Virus record (IMG/VR): IMGVR_UViG_3300021400_000080
Span: 11,710-75,709 of that record
Length of the DNA: 64,000 bases
DNA from: a virus
Taxonomy: Duplodnaviria > Caudoviricetes
Strand: one strand, 5' to 3'
Below the pieces are notes generated by a model. That model was not told the origin of the DNA, searched no databases, and worked only from the letters and a program-made list of their open reading frames with translations. The translations under genes and the position numbers were made by a program. The first letter of the stretch is position 1; each line of letters starts with the position of its first letter. Below are positions 7,183-16,315 of this stretch, in pieces.

Positions 7183-8426
7183 TCCAGGTTGCCTTCCGTT
7201 ATGAGGTAATTGCTGGTCTTTCTGCCACCCTCATGACAACTTATGCACAATGCTTTCCGTTCTCCGTGTTGGGGGTTCCAGCAGAATCCTCGCCCATTCT
7301 CCTTCTCCCTCTCCGTGGACCATATCAGACCCTTCAGACGATCCTGACTAAGATAATACTTCTCGTCCACGGGTTCGGGTTCGAGGTAGTCCCTCATACA
7401 CTTGGTAAGCGGTACGGGTTTGGGCAGCTCCGGGGGTTTGCCATTCAGTTTGCTTATCACGAACAACCTCTTACGGTTCTGTGCAACTCCGTAGTCGCAC
7501 GCATTGAGGACCTTCCAGGTGTGCTGGTAGCCGATTGCGGATAACTCGTCCATCAACTCGTCGAAATTCGCCTTGAACTTCTTGGATACCATCATGGGTA
7601 CTTCTTCCATGACGAGGTACTTGGGTCTCTCCTTCTCTTCCGTATTGCGGAGGATACGAGGAACCTCGAAAGCCAGCGAGGATCTTGTTCCGCTGTCCTT
7701 CGCATTACCCGCCAACCGTCCGGCATTGGAGATGTCCTGACAGTTATGAACGATGATACCGTTCACCGTGAACGAATGGCTGTCCTTGACCGTGAGATCG
7801 TAGACATCCGTTTTCTCGAATCCGAAAGATAAATTCACTATTGGGAACCATGCGAATCCGTTTTTAAATGTGGACCCAGGATACAACGACCAATTCCCGG
7901 CGATAGCATCGGGCCGTCCGAGATAATGCGACATGGTAAGATTTTTCGCCTCTATCCATTCGGGTTCGGTAAGTGACCCATCTACTATCTTACAAGCATA
8001 GAATTTATGGTCGAAAGTGGCTCCGATTTCCTCATTACCGGATGCCTTGATACGCATAATCTCCTTATGTCCGGTCTTGCCCGCCCATTCCACGGGATGC
8101 CATTGGCCGTCGTGGGACATCACCATATTCCCGACCTCGACTTCCTCGATGGGGATGTATCCCCTCTCTTTCGTGAGGACCATATCACCCTTGCGGATGC
8201 ACGGGGGTGTCCAGAACAGAACGTCCACTTGATTCTCCCCTCCGATGTCGCGTACCTGGGTGATGTCCCCCAGGTTGCGGGTCTCTCCATGAAGGGTATC
8301 ATACGCGCGTGCGGTCGGAGGGTCGAACTCGCACTGGAATACCATCTGATAGTCGATCCCCAATCTGTCGGCAGCGGAATGGTGCGCTCCGATCCCGGAA
8401 AAGAATCCTCCGATACGCATCATCAC
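7152..8426 (-). CDS. C5-cytosine DNA methyltransferase catalytic subunit (motifs I-VIII) with a mini-intein; lacks motifs IX-X
   Basis: FFSGIGA (I), GDIT (III), TPP-[intein]-CQDIS (IV), MEEV (VI), AQNRKRLF (VIII). Confidence 0.92.
   Translation of the reverse strand: MMMRIGGFFSGIGAHHSAADRLGIDYQMVFQCEFDPPTARAYDTLHGETRNLGDITQVRDIGGENQVDVLFWTPPCIRKGDMVLTKERGYIPIEEVEVGNMVMSHDGQWHPVEWAGKTGHKEIMRIKASGNEEIGATFDHKFYACKIVDGSLTEPEWIEAKNLTMSHYLGRPDAIAGNWSLYPGSTFKNGFAWFPIVNLSFGFEKTDVYDLTVKDSHSFTVNGIIVHNCQDISNAGRLAGNAKDSGTRSSLAFEVPRILRNTEEKERPKYLVMEEVPMMVSKKFKANFDELMDELSAIGYQHTWKVLNACDYGVAQNRKRLFVISKLNGKPPELPKPVPLTKCMRDYLEPEPVDEKYYLSQDRLKGLIWSTEREKENGRGFCWNPQHGERKALCISCHEGGRKTSNYLITEGNLEWHAPQQKRV
7743..8201 (-). 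mobile_element. 153-aa mini-intein with no homing endonuclease
   Basis: Begins CIRKGDMVLT and ends VYDLTVKDSHSFTVNGIIVHN; the +1 residue is the Cys of PPCQ. Confidence 0.92.
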
Positions 8427-8569
8427 ACATACCTCTCTTCGTAGATGAGATCCCTCTTACAGCGCGGGCAGCGGTAGACCGTCCTGCATCTGATGACCTC
8501 TCCTGCCACGTCGTTCCTCTGTTCCGTAACGACCTCGCGGCCGCACATGCAACAAACCATCTTCGTCAT
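8423..8569 (-). CDS. small zinc-ribbon protein
   Basis: CCMCG...CPRC; ATGA-coupled to the MTase. Confidence 0.6.
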   Translation of the reverse strand: MTKMVCCMCGREVVTEQRNDVAGEVIRCRTVYRCPRCKRDLIYEERYV

Positions 8570-8742
8570 TTCTCTTCCTCTTCCTGTTCTTCCTTGGGTA
8601 TCTTGGTGAGTTTGACACGGACCATATCTCCGGGGTTGAGTCCCATCATGGCCATCTCCCTCGTGATACGCACGACATATCCCGTTCCGCACGGGACGAT
8701 CTTCTTGTCCGACTCAAGGCACTCCATATAGCCGTCGCTCAT
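8566..8742 (-). CDS. AbrB/MazE-like DNA-binding protein
   Basis: GTGYVVRITREMAMMGLNPGDMVRVKL. Confidence 0.7.
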   Translation of the reverse strand: MSDGYMECLESDKKIVPCGTGYVVRITREMAMMGLNPGDMVRVKLTKIPKEEQEEEEK

Positions 8743-8990
8743 TCCGTGCGCCTCCAATATGCGACCTTCATCTTGGAATCCGGGGAATAGTCCAGCCGGG
8801 TCTTGATGACCATCCCGTATTCAGCGAGTACCTTCAGGTATCCGTATGCTTTCGTGACCCTCATGGTCCTGTCCCCGTGGACACGGTTCTTCTCCCAATA
8901 GTCGGCCATGAGATCCGCAATCTCCTGGGTGGTGAACTCACGATCCCCCATTCCCTCGACCAACGTCCTTACATAGTCCAGATGTGACAT
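8739..8990 (-). CDS. winged-helix DNA-binding protein
   Basis: FTTQEIAD...YGYLKVLAEYGMVIK...YWR. Confidence 0.65.
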   Translation of the reverse strand: MSHLDYVRTLVEGMGDREFTTQEIADLMADYWEKNRVHGDRTMRVTKAYGYLKVLAEYGMVIKTRLDYSPDSKMKVAYWRRTE

Positions 8991-9143
8991 TTCACTTCTC
9001 TCCTGTTCTCCATTTCTTGACCTTGCCGCAGCTTGAACATACCGCTTGCCAGCGTTCCGGGGTCATATACCGGGTCTTGTAGACCGCCATCGTGTTGTGG
9101 CATTTCGGACACTCGATATACGAATCCAGGAACATCTTGACCT

Positions 9144-9635
9144 TCATCTCAATATCTCCGTGACGAATCTCCCGCTGTTCAGTCCCTTACGGAACCTGTC
9201 TGCCGAGATCGGCAGCTCGACTATCGTTCTCATCCCTCTTCCAGTAACCTCCGCTGGTATGTATACCCTCACGGGCGCACCGTCCTTGGTTATGCGGTCT
9301 ATCAGTCCGTTGTCGTTGATACGGACCGTGTAATCGTGGATTATATGATCCCCTTCGGACATGACCTTTGTCGGGCGGGTCCTTGCAGCCAGATCGGAAC
9401 GGTACTCGTACATGGTCTTGCGCTCCGATTTGTCGTGCGCGATGTGACCCTTCTTCAACAGATTGCACAGGACCCCCGATATTGTGCGCGCATACAGGGA
9501 ATAACGGGAATCCCCGACCTCGCAGCCGGACACGGCCTTCGTGATGTCGCGTATCGTCATCGGTCCCTCGTCCTTGAGGATGGAGATGATGATCTCTTCG
9601 TTCTCACGGCAGATGCTGTCCCTCTTGAATGTCAT
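9144..9635 (-). CDS. winged-helix protein with a C-terminal extra domain
   Basis: LKDEGPMTIRDIT...LCNLLKKGHI...YEY. Confidence 0.65.
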   Translation of the reverse strand: MTFKRDSICRENEEIIISILKDEGPMTIRDITKAVSGCEVGDSRYSLYARTISGVLCNLLKKGHIAHDKSERKTMYEYRSDLAARTRPTKVMSEGDHIIHDYTVRINDNGLIDRITKDGAPVRVYIPAEVTGRGMRTIVELPISADRFRKGLNSGRFVTEILR

Positions 9636-9758
9636 ACCTTCACTCCCTTGATTTCTAATTTAGTGACCTGAACGGTCTCGGTGTGACCCTCGATCCTCAC
9701 CACGGGGGTAGCATGGGGATAATGGAAACAGTAGATGTATCCCTTGGATTGGCATTTC

Positions 9759-10133
9759 TCACATCTCATCTCCGGTATCCTCCTTCGGCTTTTCATCCTC
9801 GGTATCTTCCTTCCGCTTTATCACGGAACGATAGAAGTCCGGCAAGTCGATGTTCTTCGCTGCATCTGACACATCCCTATTGAGTAAATCCATGCGTATC
9901 TTGAAGTAATCATCCATTTCTTTTTTTGCCGTGAGCATACCGTCCTTCGCCTTACGGATGGAAAGGGCGGTGTCTATCATCCCGGCCATGCAGCGGTCAC
10001 ACAGATAGAATACCTCTCCGCGATAAAGTATTCCTTCGGGTGCGAGACGGAGTTGCGGCTCGTGGATGAACCTATGCCAGAGTACGGTGTCCGTGCTGCC
10101 GCAGACCTTACATGCGGTGGGTGTGACATTCAT
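9759..10133 (-). CDS. zinc-binding hypothetical protein
   Basis: CKVCG...LCDRC. Confidence 0.6.
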   Translation of the reverse strand: MNVTPTACKVCGSTDTVLWHRFIHEPQLRLAPEGILYRGEVFYLCDRCMAGMIDTALSIRKAKDGMLTAKKEMDDYFKIRMDLLNRDVSDAAKNIDLPDFYRSVIKRKEDTEDEKPKEDTGDEM

Positions 10134-10414
10134 TCTACCTTCTCCCCCAGGTCGATGGTGTCTATCTGCTTCGGCTTGCTGCCGAACAATCCGTTGAGGG
10201 TCGCGCTGACGATCTGCTCGATCTCGGACGGTTCGCGCACGTCCTCTTCCTTGGCCTCGATGGCCGCGATGTTGCGTAGATTGATGAACACGGTGTTACC
10301 CTCGACGGTGCGTATGCGTATCCATTCCGTACCGGGTCTGAAAAGGTCGCACTCGATGTCCTGACTGGTCGTGTATGTGCGCCCGTTCCCGGCTATGATC
10401 TTGTAGAAGGTCAT
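10130..10414 (-). CDS. hypothetical protein
   Basis: ATGA-coupled; MTFYKIIAGNG... Confidence 0.55.
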   Translation of the reverse strand: MTFYKIIAGNGRTYTTSQDIECDLFRPGTEWIRIRTVEGNTVFINLRNIAAIEAKEEDVREPSEIEQIVSATLNGLFGSKPKQIDTIDLGEKVE

Positions 10415-10611
10415 CGGCTCATCTCCTGGATGATGTCCTCGACATGATAGAGCATATTGAGTTGATCGTCGAATCCCTCGATGCCGTGCTTGGCGCACAC
10501 ATCCTTGGCGACGGCTTCCATGAGGGAACGGTACTCGCCCGCGCGCCTTAACTCGTCCATCGTGTATTCCTTCATTATCCATTCCCTGCATATCTCCGGA
10601 TGGGGTAACAT
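10411..10611 (-). CDS. hypothetical protein
   Basis: Fits the operon packing; true start may be internal (MKEY). Confidence 0.5.
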   Translation of the reverse strand: MLPHPEICREWIMKEYTMDELRRAGEYRSLMEAVAKDVCAKHGIEGFDDQLNMLYHVEDIIQEMSR

Positions 10612-10968
10612 TCACATCACGTTCTCCTTAATCCATTTTTCAATGCAGATGTCTGCATGCTCTCCGCAGTGGATATAGGCACGCGGCATCTTGTATTCTT
10701 TCGCGTTTATCTTGATGATGATCTCTTCCTCGCACGGCCTGGCGGTCAATACGGAATCCGAGGGTCCGAACTTCATGAGGACGATCGCGTTGTTGTATTC
10801 ACACACATTGGATAGTCCCTTGAGGTCATCGGTCGTGTCCTCCGGGTTCATTGGGGGGTATCCGATGGGCGCGAACCCCATATCCTCAAGTGCCTGGATG
10901 TCGTGGTAGGTTGCCCATACCCTTACCCTCATCTCCTGTTCTCTCTCGATCTCGTTCTGTCTCATCAT
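10612..10968 (-). CDS. hypothetical protein
   Basis: ATGA-coupled; MMRQNEIERE... Confidence 0.55.
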   Translation of the reverse strand: MMRQNEIEREQEMRVRVWATYHDIQALEDMGFAPIGYPPMNPEDTTDDLKGLSNVCEYNNAIVLMKFGPSDSVLTARPCEEEIIIKINAKEYKMPRAYIHCGEHADICIEKWIKENVM

Positions 10969-11366
10969 GTGAACCTCACATCGTAGTCGGTATTGTACTT
11001 GACAACTCCGCTGACCGAGACCTTGCGCGCGTAGGTGATCTCCCCCCCGGTGTCGGAGTAGTCGCACCAATACGCGCCCGGATTGAGACCGCAGTAGTCC
11101 TCGCAGTCCTCCGGGGTTGCCCAAACCATCGCACCGATGGGCGCGTAGTGGTTCTCGGTCTTGTCCTTCTGCCCCTTGAACTGGAAGTAACCCAGGACGT
11201 AACCGGGGGTGTAGATGAGGACATCAGCGGTCAGTTGGGTGTCGCGGTCGATGTTGCCATGTCTTGCCAGCTTCTTATACTCGCGTATGAAGAACGCACG
11301 CACGCTGTTGATGTCGGTCGAGGTATATTCCTCCCCCGTAGGGGGAATGACGATCTTGAACTGCAT
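10965..11366 (-). CDS. hypothetical protein
   Basis: Shares DYxGLxPGAY with 11376-12167. Confidence 0.65.
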   Translation of the reverse strand: MQFKIVIPPTGEEYTSTDINSVRAFFIREYKKLARHGNIDRDTQLTADVLIYTPGYVLGYFQFKGQKDKTENHYAPIGAMVWATPEDCEDYCGLNPGAYWCDYSDTGGEITYARKVSVSGVVKYNTDYDVRFT

Positions 11367-11375
11367 TTTTCTCCC

Positions 11376-12167
11376 TCATGTGAATTTAACGTAAATCCTT
11401 CCGAGTCTGCCCTTGTCAGTGATGTTCTTGGCATATCCGTTGAGATCCCCGAAATATGCTCCGGGCCGCAGACCCCCGTAATCGGCTGCCCATTCCAGAT
11501 TGACCCAACTGCATGAGTCATAGTCGTACCATGATCCCGCAACGTACTGCTCGTACTTGCTCTCCGGTATGACGGGGACGTTGGCATACCCCTTGGGATC
11601 GTTCTTGTAGGTTTTCAGGCGGGTCTTGCAATTCTCTCTGAACGATGCCCTCAAGACATCAAGGTCATCGAAGATCTCGTCCTCGCCCAATCCGTCCTTG
11701 GACCACAACAGACGATACTTGGAGTCACGGTTGGCCTTATCGTCTCTCTCCCATAGAGATTTCCATTCCTCAACGGGGTATTCCGGATCCTCCAGCCACC
11801 TATCTTTCCATTCCTCCGTTTCGGTATTGTATAGGTAATGCGTGGACAGATTGCGACCCCACTCGATATGGAACTTCCCCCCTCTCTTGATGACCTTTCC
11901 GTAGCGTGTTCCCTTGTAGGTATCGCCATCATCGGTCTCGTCCACAGGACCGAAATAGATGGAGACGAACGACCCCTCCCCGGCTTCGGACAATTCCTCG
12001 ACCGCTTTAGCGGTCAGTTTCTCAAATGCCCAAAATTCAAATCTATGAATGAACCTCGGACCGTTGTCCATAGGGGTCTCGATGCTGTCAGCATCCATCC
12101 CGACAGAACTGAAATATCCCCACTCGTTTGAGGACCCATGATACCTCTCGTTGATCATTCGTTGCAC
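11376..12167 (-). CDS. hypothetical two-domain protein
   Basis: C-terminal half resembles 10965-11366 (DYGGLRPGAY). Confidence 0.65.
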   Translation of the reverse strand: MQRMINERYHGSSNEWGYFSSVGMDADSIETPMDNGPRFIHRFEFWAFEKLTAKAVEELSEAGEGSFVSIYFGPVDETDDGDTYKGTRYGKVIKRGGKFHIEWGRNLSTHYLYNTETEEWKDRWLEDPEYPVEEWKSLWERDDKANRDSKYRLLWSKDGLGEDEIFDDLDVLRASFRENCKTRLKTYKNDPKGYANVPVIPESKYEQYVAGSWYDYDSCSWVNLEWAADYGGLRPGAYFGDLNGYAKNITDKGRLGRIYVKFT

Positions 12168-12526
12168 TTCCTTTTATCGTAATAAATGTCCAACTTCTCG
12201 GCAGGTATCTCCTCGTAGGATACGCGGCATCCCGTCTCATCGAATACCTCCGAGGTATAGACAACAGGGCAATTACGCTCTACCTCCGATGTGAACGCGC
12301 CTCTCAATTCCCACGGGTCCTTGTATATGCTCACCAGTGCAAGACCACCCTTGTTACCGCGATCGAAATACAGGGCAAAATCCGGTTGGAGGATGTCATA
12401 GACCCCATCGAGGTAGATTCCCCACCTCATATCGTGTGCCTTGAGCAGCTCGATCTCCTTCACCGCCTCGGCCAAATGGAGATATGACCCCATAGGAATT
12501 CCACGGTCACGGACGATGTAGGTCAC
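12155..12526 (-). CDS. hypothetical protein, paralog of 12523-12750
   Basis: MGSYLHLAEAVKEIE...HDMRWG. Confidence 0.65.
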   Translation of the reverse strand: MTYIVRDRGIPMGSYLHLAEAVKEIELLKAHDMRWGIYLDGVYDILQPDFALYFDRGNKGGLALVSIYKDPWELRGAFTSEVERNCPVVYTSEVFDETGCRVSYEEIPAEKLDIYYDKRKCNE

Positions 12527-12750
12527 GCGACCACCCCTGTGTCTGCGGGATTGATAAGGTTGCCCTTGGAATCATAGACCTCCTCGGCACGAAATTCCTC
12601 GTTGAAATGGATGATTCTGTAACTGTCCTCAACGAACGCGCCAATGCGCCGGTCGTGTTGCTCGAACACTTCGATGGATTCAATCGCATCTTCGATGCAG
12701 CCGTAAGGACCCATCATTATCTCATCCATCTCACGGACGTAGAACGGCAT
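12523..12750 (-). CDS. hypothetical protein
   Basis: MGPYGCIEDAIESIE...HDRRIG. Confidence 0.65.
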   Translation of the reverse strand: MPFYVREMDEIMMGPYGCIEDAIESIEVFEQHDRRIGAFVEDSYRIIHFNEEFRAEEVYDSKGNLINPADTGVVA

Positions 12751-12755
12751 CCCTC

Positions 12756-12989
12756 TCAGGCCTCCTGTCCGGCGATGTATTCGCGGATCTCTCCGACGGT
12801 CACGGAACCGATACACTTACAGTCGATGTCGAACAGGTCCACCTGGGCATCGCTCTTGTAATTGTCGCAGATGATCTCCAAAATCAATGATAATCCGTAA
12901 CCATCAATCTCCTCTTCGGGGTAGTCGATTGCATCATCGCCCGCCCATACAAGAAGGGAGGCAATCTTGTCTGAATCAAGGGTTGTCAT
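12756..12989 (-). CDS. acidic hypothetical protein, first gene of the leftward operon
   Basis: GAGGAATCGAAAATG start context. Confidence 0.65.
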   Translation of the reverse strand: MTTLDSDKIASLLVWAGDDAIDYPEEEIDGYGLSLILEIICDNYKSDAQVDLFDIDCKCIGSVTVGEIREYIAGQEA

Positions 12990-13258
12990 TTTCGATTCCT
13001 CATTTGGCCGTTTCCGGCTTGTTGTGTATAAGTATTACTCGGTAGTATATATATCTATTGTCTATCCCCGTTCGGGTCCGATTGACCGCAGCCGTTCCGA
13101 TCCCCCGTCATATATACGCGCGCGTAACTATAATGCGCGAGTGTAAACAAATTGGTTGTAATTCCGTATCAATGCGAACTTATTTATATTAGCGAGTAAT
13201 ATATTCATTCAGAACCGCGAAAGGCGGCTCACCCGACAGGGATAAAAGAGGAATCGAA
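12990..13258. promoter_or_regulatory. divergent promoter region
   Basis: Strand switch; TATA-like TATATATA and TATTTATA on opposite sides; central TACGCGCGCGTA. Confidence 0.65.
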
Positions 13259-13717
13259 ATGACTGAAGAACTCAGAACTGTGCCGACCGGTCTCACCGGT
13301 CCGAAAGCGAACGACATCCTTAACTCCGTCATCGGACAGCTGTCCGACGGGATCTGGGAGGAAGCGAACAACCTAAGAAGGTTCTGGCATTACGCACACG
13401 TCGGAGAGGACAACTCCATCCTCGTGTCCGAGAGTTACGGCTCCGCTTACCGCGGCAAGACCGATGACTATGTGCGCGGATATTTCGCCAAGAAGATCGT
13501 CCAGATCGTCAAGATATGGAAGGAGGATAACCCCGGACTCGTTGGGGACGAGGATGCGGATGTCAGTTACCTCTCCTACGGAGAGCATATCACCGTTGCG
13601 GATGCCAAGGCCGTTGCCAAGGCACTCCGTCACTACGGGGAGACCTCCAAGGCGGCCGGAACGGTCAAGGACTGCGCCGCTGCGAAGAAGATCAGGACTC
13701 TGGACTGCTTTTTCTGA
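13259..13717 (+). CDS. hypothetical protein
   Basis: Strong RBS; NDILNSVIGQLSDGIWEE. Confidence 0.7.
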   Translation: MTEELRTVPTGLTGPKANDILNSVIGQLSDGIWEEANNLRRFWHYAHVGEDNSILVSESYGSAYRGKTDDYVRGYFAKKIVQIVKIWKEDNPGLVGDEDADVSYLSYGEHITVADAKAVAKALRHYGETSKAAGTVKDCAAAKKIRTLDCFF

Positions 13718-13727
13718 GGTGAGACGA

Positions 13728-14021
13728 ATGGATTACAAGGGGATGAAATTCGAGGTCGGCAAGGTCTATGAGGCCACAACCTACCATGGCAGCAAGAAAC
13801 TCTACAAGGTCATCAAGAGGTCCGAGTCCGGTTACATCACATTCGAGGAGGTATTCTCGACACAATACTGCAAGCCGAAGAAGTTTGCCAGAATCCCTCT
13901 CAAGGGATGGGAACACGCAGACGAGCGCGTGACTATCCAGAAGGGAACATTCGGAAGGGTCTGCTGGACCGGGGGATACGACCTCTACGCAAGAGACCTC
14001 GTGACCGAGCCGAACGAGTGA
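13728..14021 (+). CDS. hypothetical protein, paralog of 14031-14315
   Basis: KFEVGKVY...YKVIKRS. Confidence 0.7.
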   Translation: MDYKGMKFEVGKVYEATTYHGSKKLYKVIKRSESGYITFEEVFSTQYCKPKKFARIPLKGWEHADERVTIQKGTFGRVCWTGGYDLYARDLVTEPNE

Positions 14022-14030
14022 GGCGAGAAG

Positions 14031-14315
14031 ATGGGATCGAAATTTGAAGTCGGACAGATATATGCGGAACACAGGAAACACATCCTGGAGGAATACATCG
14101 TGAGGTATAAGGTAGTCAGGCGCACCGAAAAGACCGTGTGGGTCTGCCGTATCAAGGACGATGGGACGGAGTGTCTGCCGGAGGGTCATAGGGTAGAACC
14201 TTTCGGGGACTGCGAATATATCCACGGACGCGGCATCGGGAACCCCCGGTCCGTATGGTACTCCGACGGTCTCAATCTGTTCTCGAAGGACATAATCGAG
14301 GAGGGATCGGAATGA
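14031..14315 (+). CDS. hypothetical protein
   Basis: KFEVGQIY...YKVVRRTEKTV. Confidence 0.7.
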   Translation: MGSKFEVGQIYAEHRKHILEEYIVRYKVVRRTEKTVWVCRIKDDGTECLPEGHRVEPFGDCEYIHGRGIGNPRSVWYSDGLNLFSKDIIEEGSE

Positions 14316-14971
14316 TCACCGAAGAACGTCTCAACGAGATCATGTCGGAGGTCGGAGCCGAGTACGGCTACGAATCCGCAACCGCCTACCTCGTGCCGAT
14401 GACCGAGGTCAAGGCGAACTGGCGCAGAACGTCCGAATGGGTCCAGATGGACCTCCCGGACTATCTCGTCCACGCACCCGAAGATGCAATCAGGAGCATC
14501 ATCGTGACCGCTTTCCGTCATACCCAGGGCGAACACCCGAAGGGGTATGGGGATGCAGCCGACAAATGGCTCTGCTCCGATGATTTCGTCCGTCAGAACC
14601 AAGCCGTCTATCTGGCGCGCCGCGGCGCGGATACCGTGACGGATGCCGACAAGCTGCACGCGGCTCTGGAGAGGATCAAGGCATACACAACAGTCCCCCC
14701 TATGGCGGTTGTCGCATGGGACGATCCGGTCAATGCGAAGATCACCGGGATGTCCTCTCTGCTGATGAGGTCGGTACTCCTGAACCCGGATCTCAAGGAT
14801 GTCCCCGACTACGTTCTGGACTACATCCTCATCGAGAGGGTCGTTCCCCTGACCTGCCCGTATTTCTGCCGTCCGTTCACCATCGAACGGAGGACCGAGA
14901 AGGCATTGGCAACCTACCCCGACCGTGAGAGGGCGGCCGAATGGCTGGAGGACAGAGGGCTGCCGAGGTGA
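14312..14971 (+). CDS. YgjP/DUF45 (SprT-like) metalloprotease-like protein lacking HExxH
   Basis: WRRTSEWVQMDLPDYLVHAPE...SVLLNPDLKDVPDYVLDYILIE. Confidence 0.5.
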   Translation: MITEERLNEIMSEVGAEYGYESATAYLVPMTEVKANWRRTSEWVQMDLPDYLVHAPEDAIRSIIVTAFRHTQGEHPKGYGDAADKWLCSDDFVRQNQAVYLARRGADTVTDADKLHAALERIKAYTTVPPMAVVAWDDPVNAKITGMSSLLMRSVLLNPDLKDVPDYVLDYILIERVVPLTCPYFCRPFTIERRTEKALATYPDRERAAEWLEDRGLPR

Positions 14972-15197
14972 TCGGGATGGACTGGACTGCGATAAAGGTA
15001 AATCTGTTGAACATCATGGTATTCTGGAAGGTAAATGACTGAGTGAATACCATCCCCGGTACGGACGGAACGAGGGGTCTCGCGAGCATCCCCATTGTAC
15101 GCGCAGGTCCTATTCCTACCTGATCCCCGCCCCTCCCGTAAACCGTGCCGGGTATGTAATTATATACTTCAAACAAAATTCAAGAATGGTGAGCAAT

Positions 15198-15578
15198 ATG
15201 GCTACTGCGAAAAAGCAAGAGATCGGATTTTATGCCGGAGACATTCCCTCCAACGCGAAAATCTATGAAATATCCATCGAACAGATCAAGGTCGGTTCCA
15301 AGTGGCAGACTGTCAAGGTGAAAGGTTCGACGATCACCAAGGAATACTACCTCAACACCGTGTCCAATGACACTCTCAAGTGGTTCAGGGCAATCGGAGG
15401 AACGGAGGTCCGTAAGACTAACTTCACCCCCTACGGAGTCATCGCAACGCAGCTGAACTCTACCGACCCCACTAAGACCAACAGACACATCCGCGAATAC
15501 TACTTCAAGGGTCAGGAGGACTCCTACAAATTCTATCTGGAAAAATGGAAGAGTCAGATCAAGAAGGAGAAGAGGTGA
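15198..15578 (+). CDS. basic hypothetical protein
   Basis: TATA and GGTGA RBS upstream. Confidence 0.7.
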   Translation: MATAKKQEIGFYAGDIPSNAKIYEISIEQIKVGSKWQTVKVKGSTITKEYYLNTVSNDTLKWFRAIGGTEVRKTNFTPYGVIATQLNSTDPTKTNRHIREYYFKGQEDSYKFYLEKWKSQIKKEKR

Positions 15579-15583
15579 CGAAC

Positions 15584-15892
15584 ATGGGTTACTATATTCC
15601 AGTTGGAAACAGTCACAGGGTTTTCGAGAACAATCTCAAGGATGCATACCTGACCGCAGCCAAGGTTCTGATTGGCAAGTACCGTTTTACAAACGGACAG
15701 ATTCACAAGGAGATCCCCGAATATACTGGATCGTATGGTATTCCGATATACGATTCCGCGACCGGCAAGGCAACTTCCCATTGGGTCAAATTCCACAATG
15801 GGAGCAACCCCAAGGACGGCTACGAGGAGTGTTCTTACAACAAGAACATAGGGATGAGTACCAAATCCAAGTCGTTCCCGAAGAACTGGTAA
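15584..15892 (+). CDS. small Tyr/Lys-rich family protein
   Basis: MGYY...NNLKDAYLTAAK...IPIY. Confidence 0.7.
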   Translation: MGYYIPVGNSHRVFENNLKDAYLTAAKVLIGKYRFTNGQIHKEIPEYTGSYGIPIYDSATGKATSHWVKFHNGSNPKDGYEECSYNKNIGMSTKSKSFPKNW

Positions 15893-15931
15893 AACCTCTT
15901 CCCTTTAAAGGGGATCAAAAGGTGATCTCAA

Positions 15932-16312
15932 ATGGGCGCAGTAATATTCGTTGGGACAAGTTATGAGTCGTGGGTTGATCTCAAAAAGATTGCCCAAACG
16001 TCTAACCTGAACAAGAAGTATTCCAAGGTCGCTACAACATATCGGAGTCTGGAAGAATGTAGGCATCGCGTAGCCGATGTCGGCAGCTGGAGTGCTTTCC
16101 ATTCCGAGAGACAACAGGGTTTCGTTTATGATGCCAAGACCGGCAAACTGAAAGGGATGATTAAAGGAGACGGCTGGTATTTCTTCCGTGATGGTATGTG
16201 GTATCACAGATTCATCAACAAAGGCGGCAAATTGGATTCACGCTACCCCGCCCGCCCGCATCCCGAAATCAAGATTGACCCTGATTCAAGACTCAATGTG
16301 GGGAGAGAGTGA
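15932..16312 (+). CDS. small Tyr/Lys-rich family protein
   Basis: YRSLEECRHRVA...FINKGGKL. Confidence 0.7.
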   Translation: MGAVIFVGTSYESWVDLKKIAQTSNLNKKYSKVATTYRSLEECRHRVADVGSWSAFHSERQQGFVYDAKTGKLKGMIKGDGWYFFRDGMWYHRFINKGGKLDSRYPARPHPEIKIDPDSRLNVGRE

Positions 16313-16315
16313 AGT

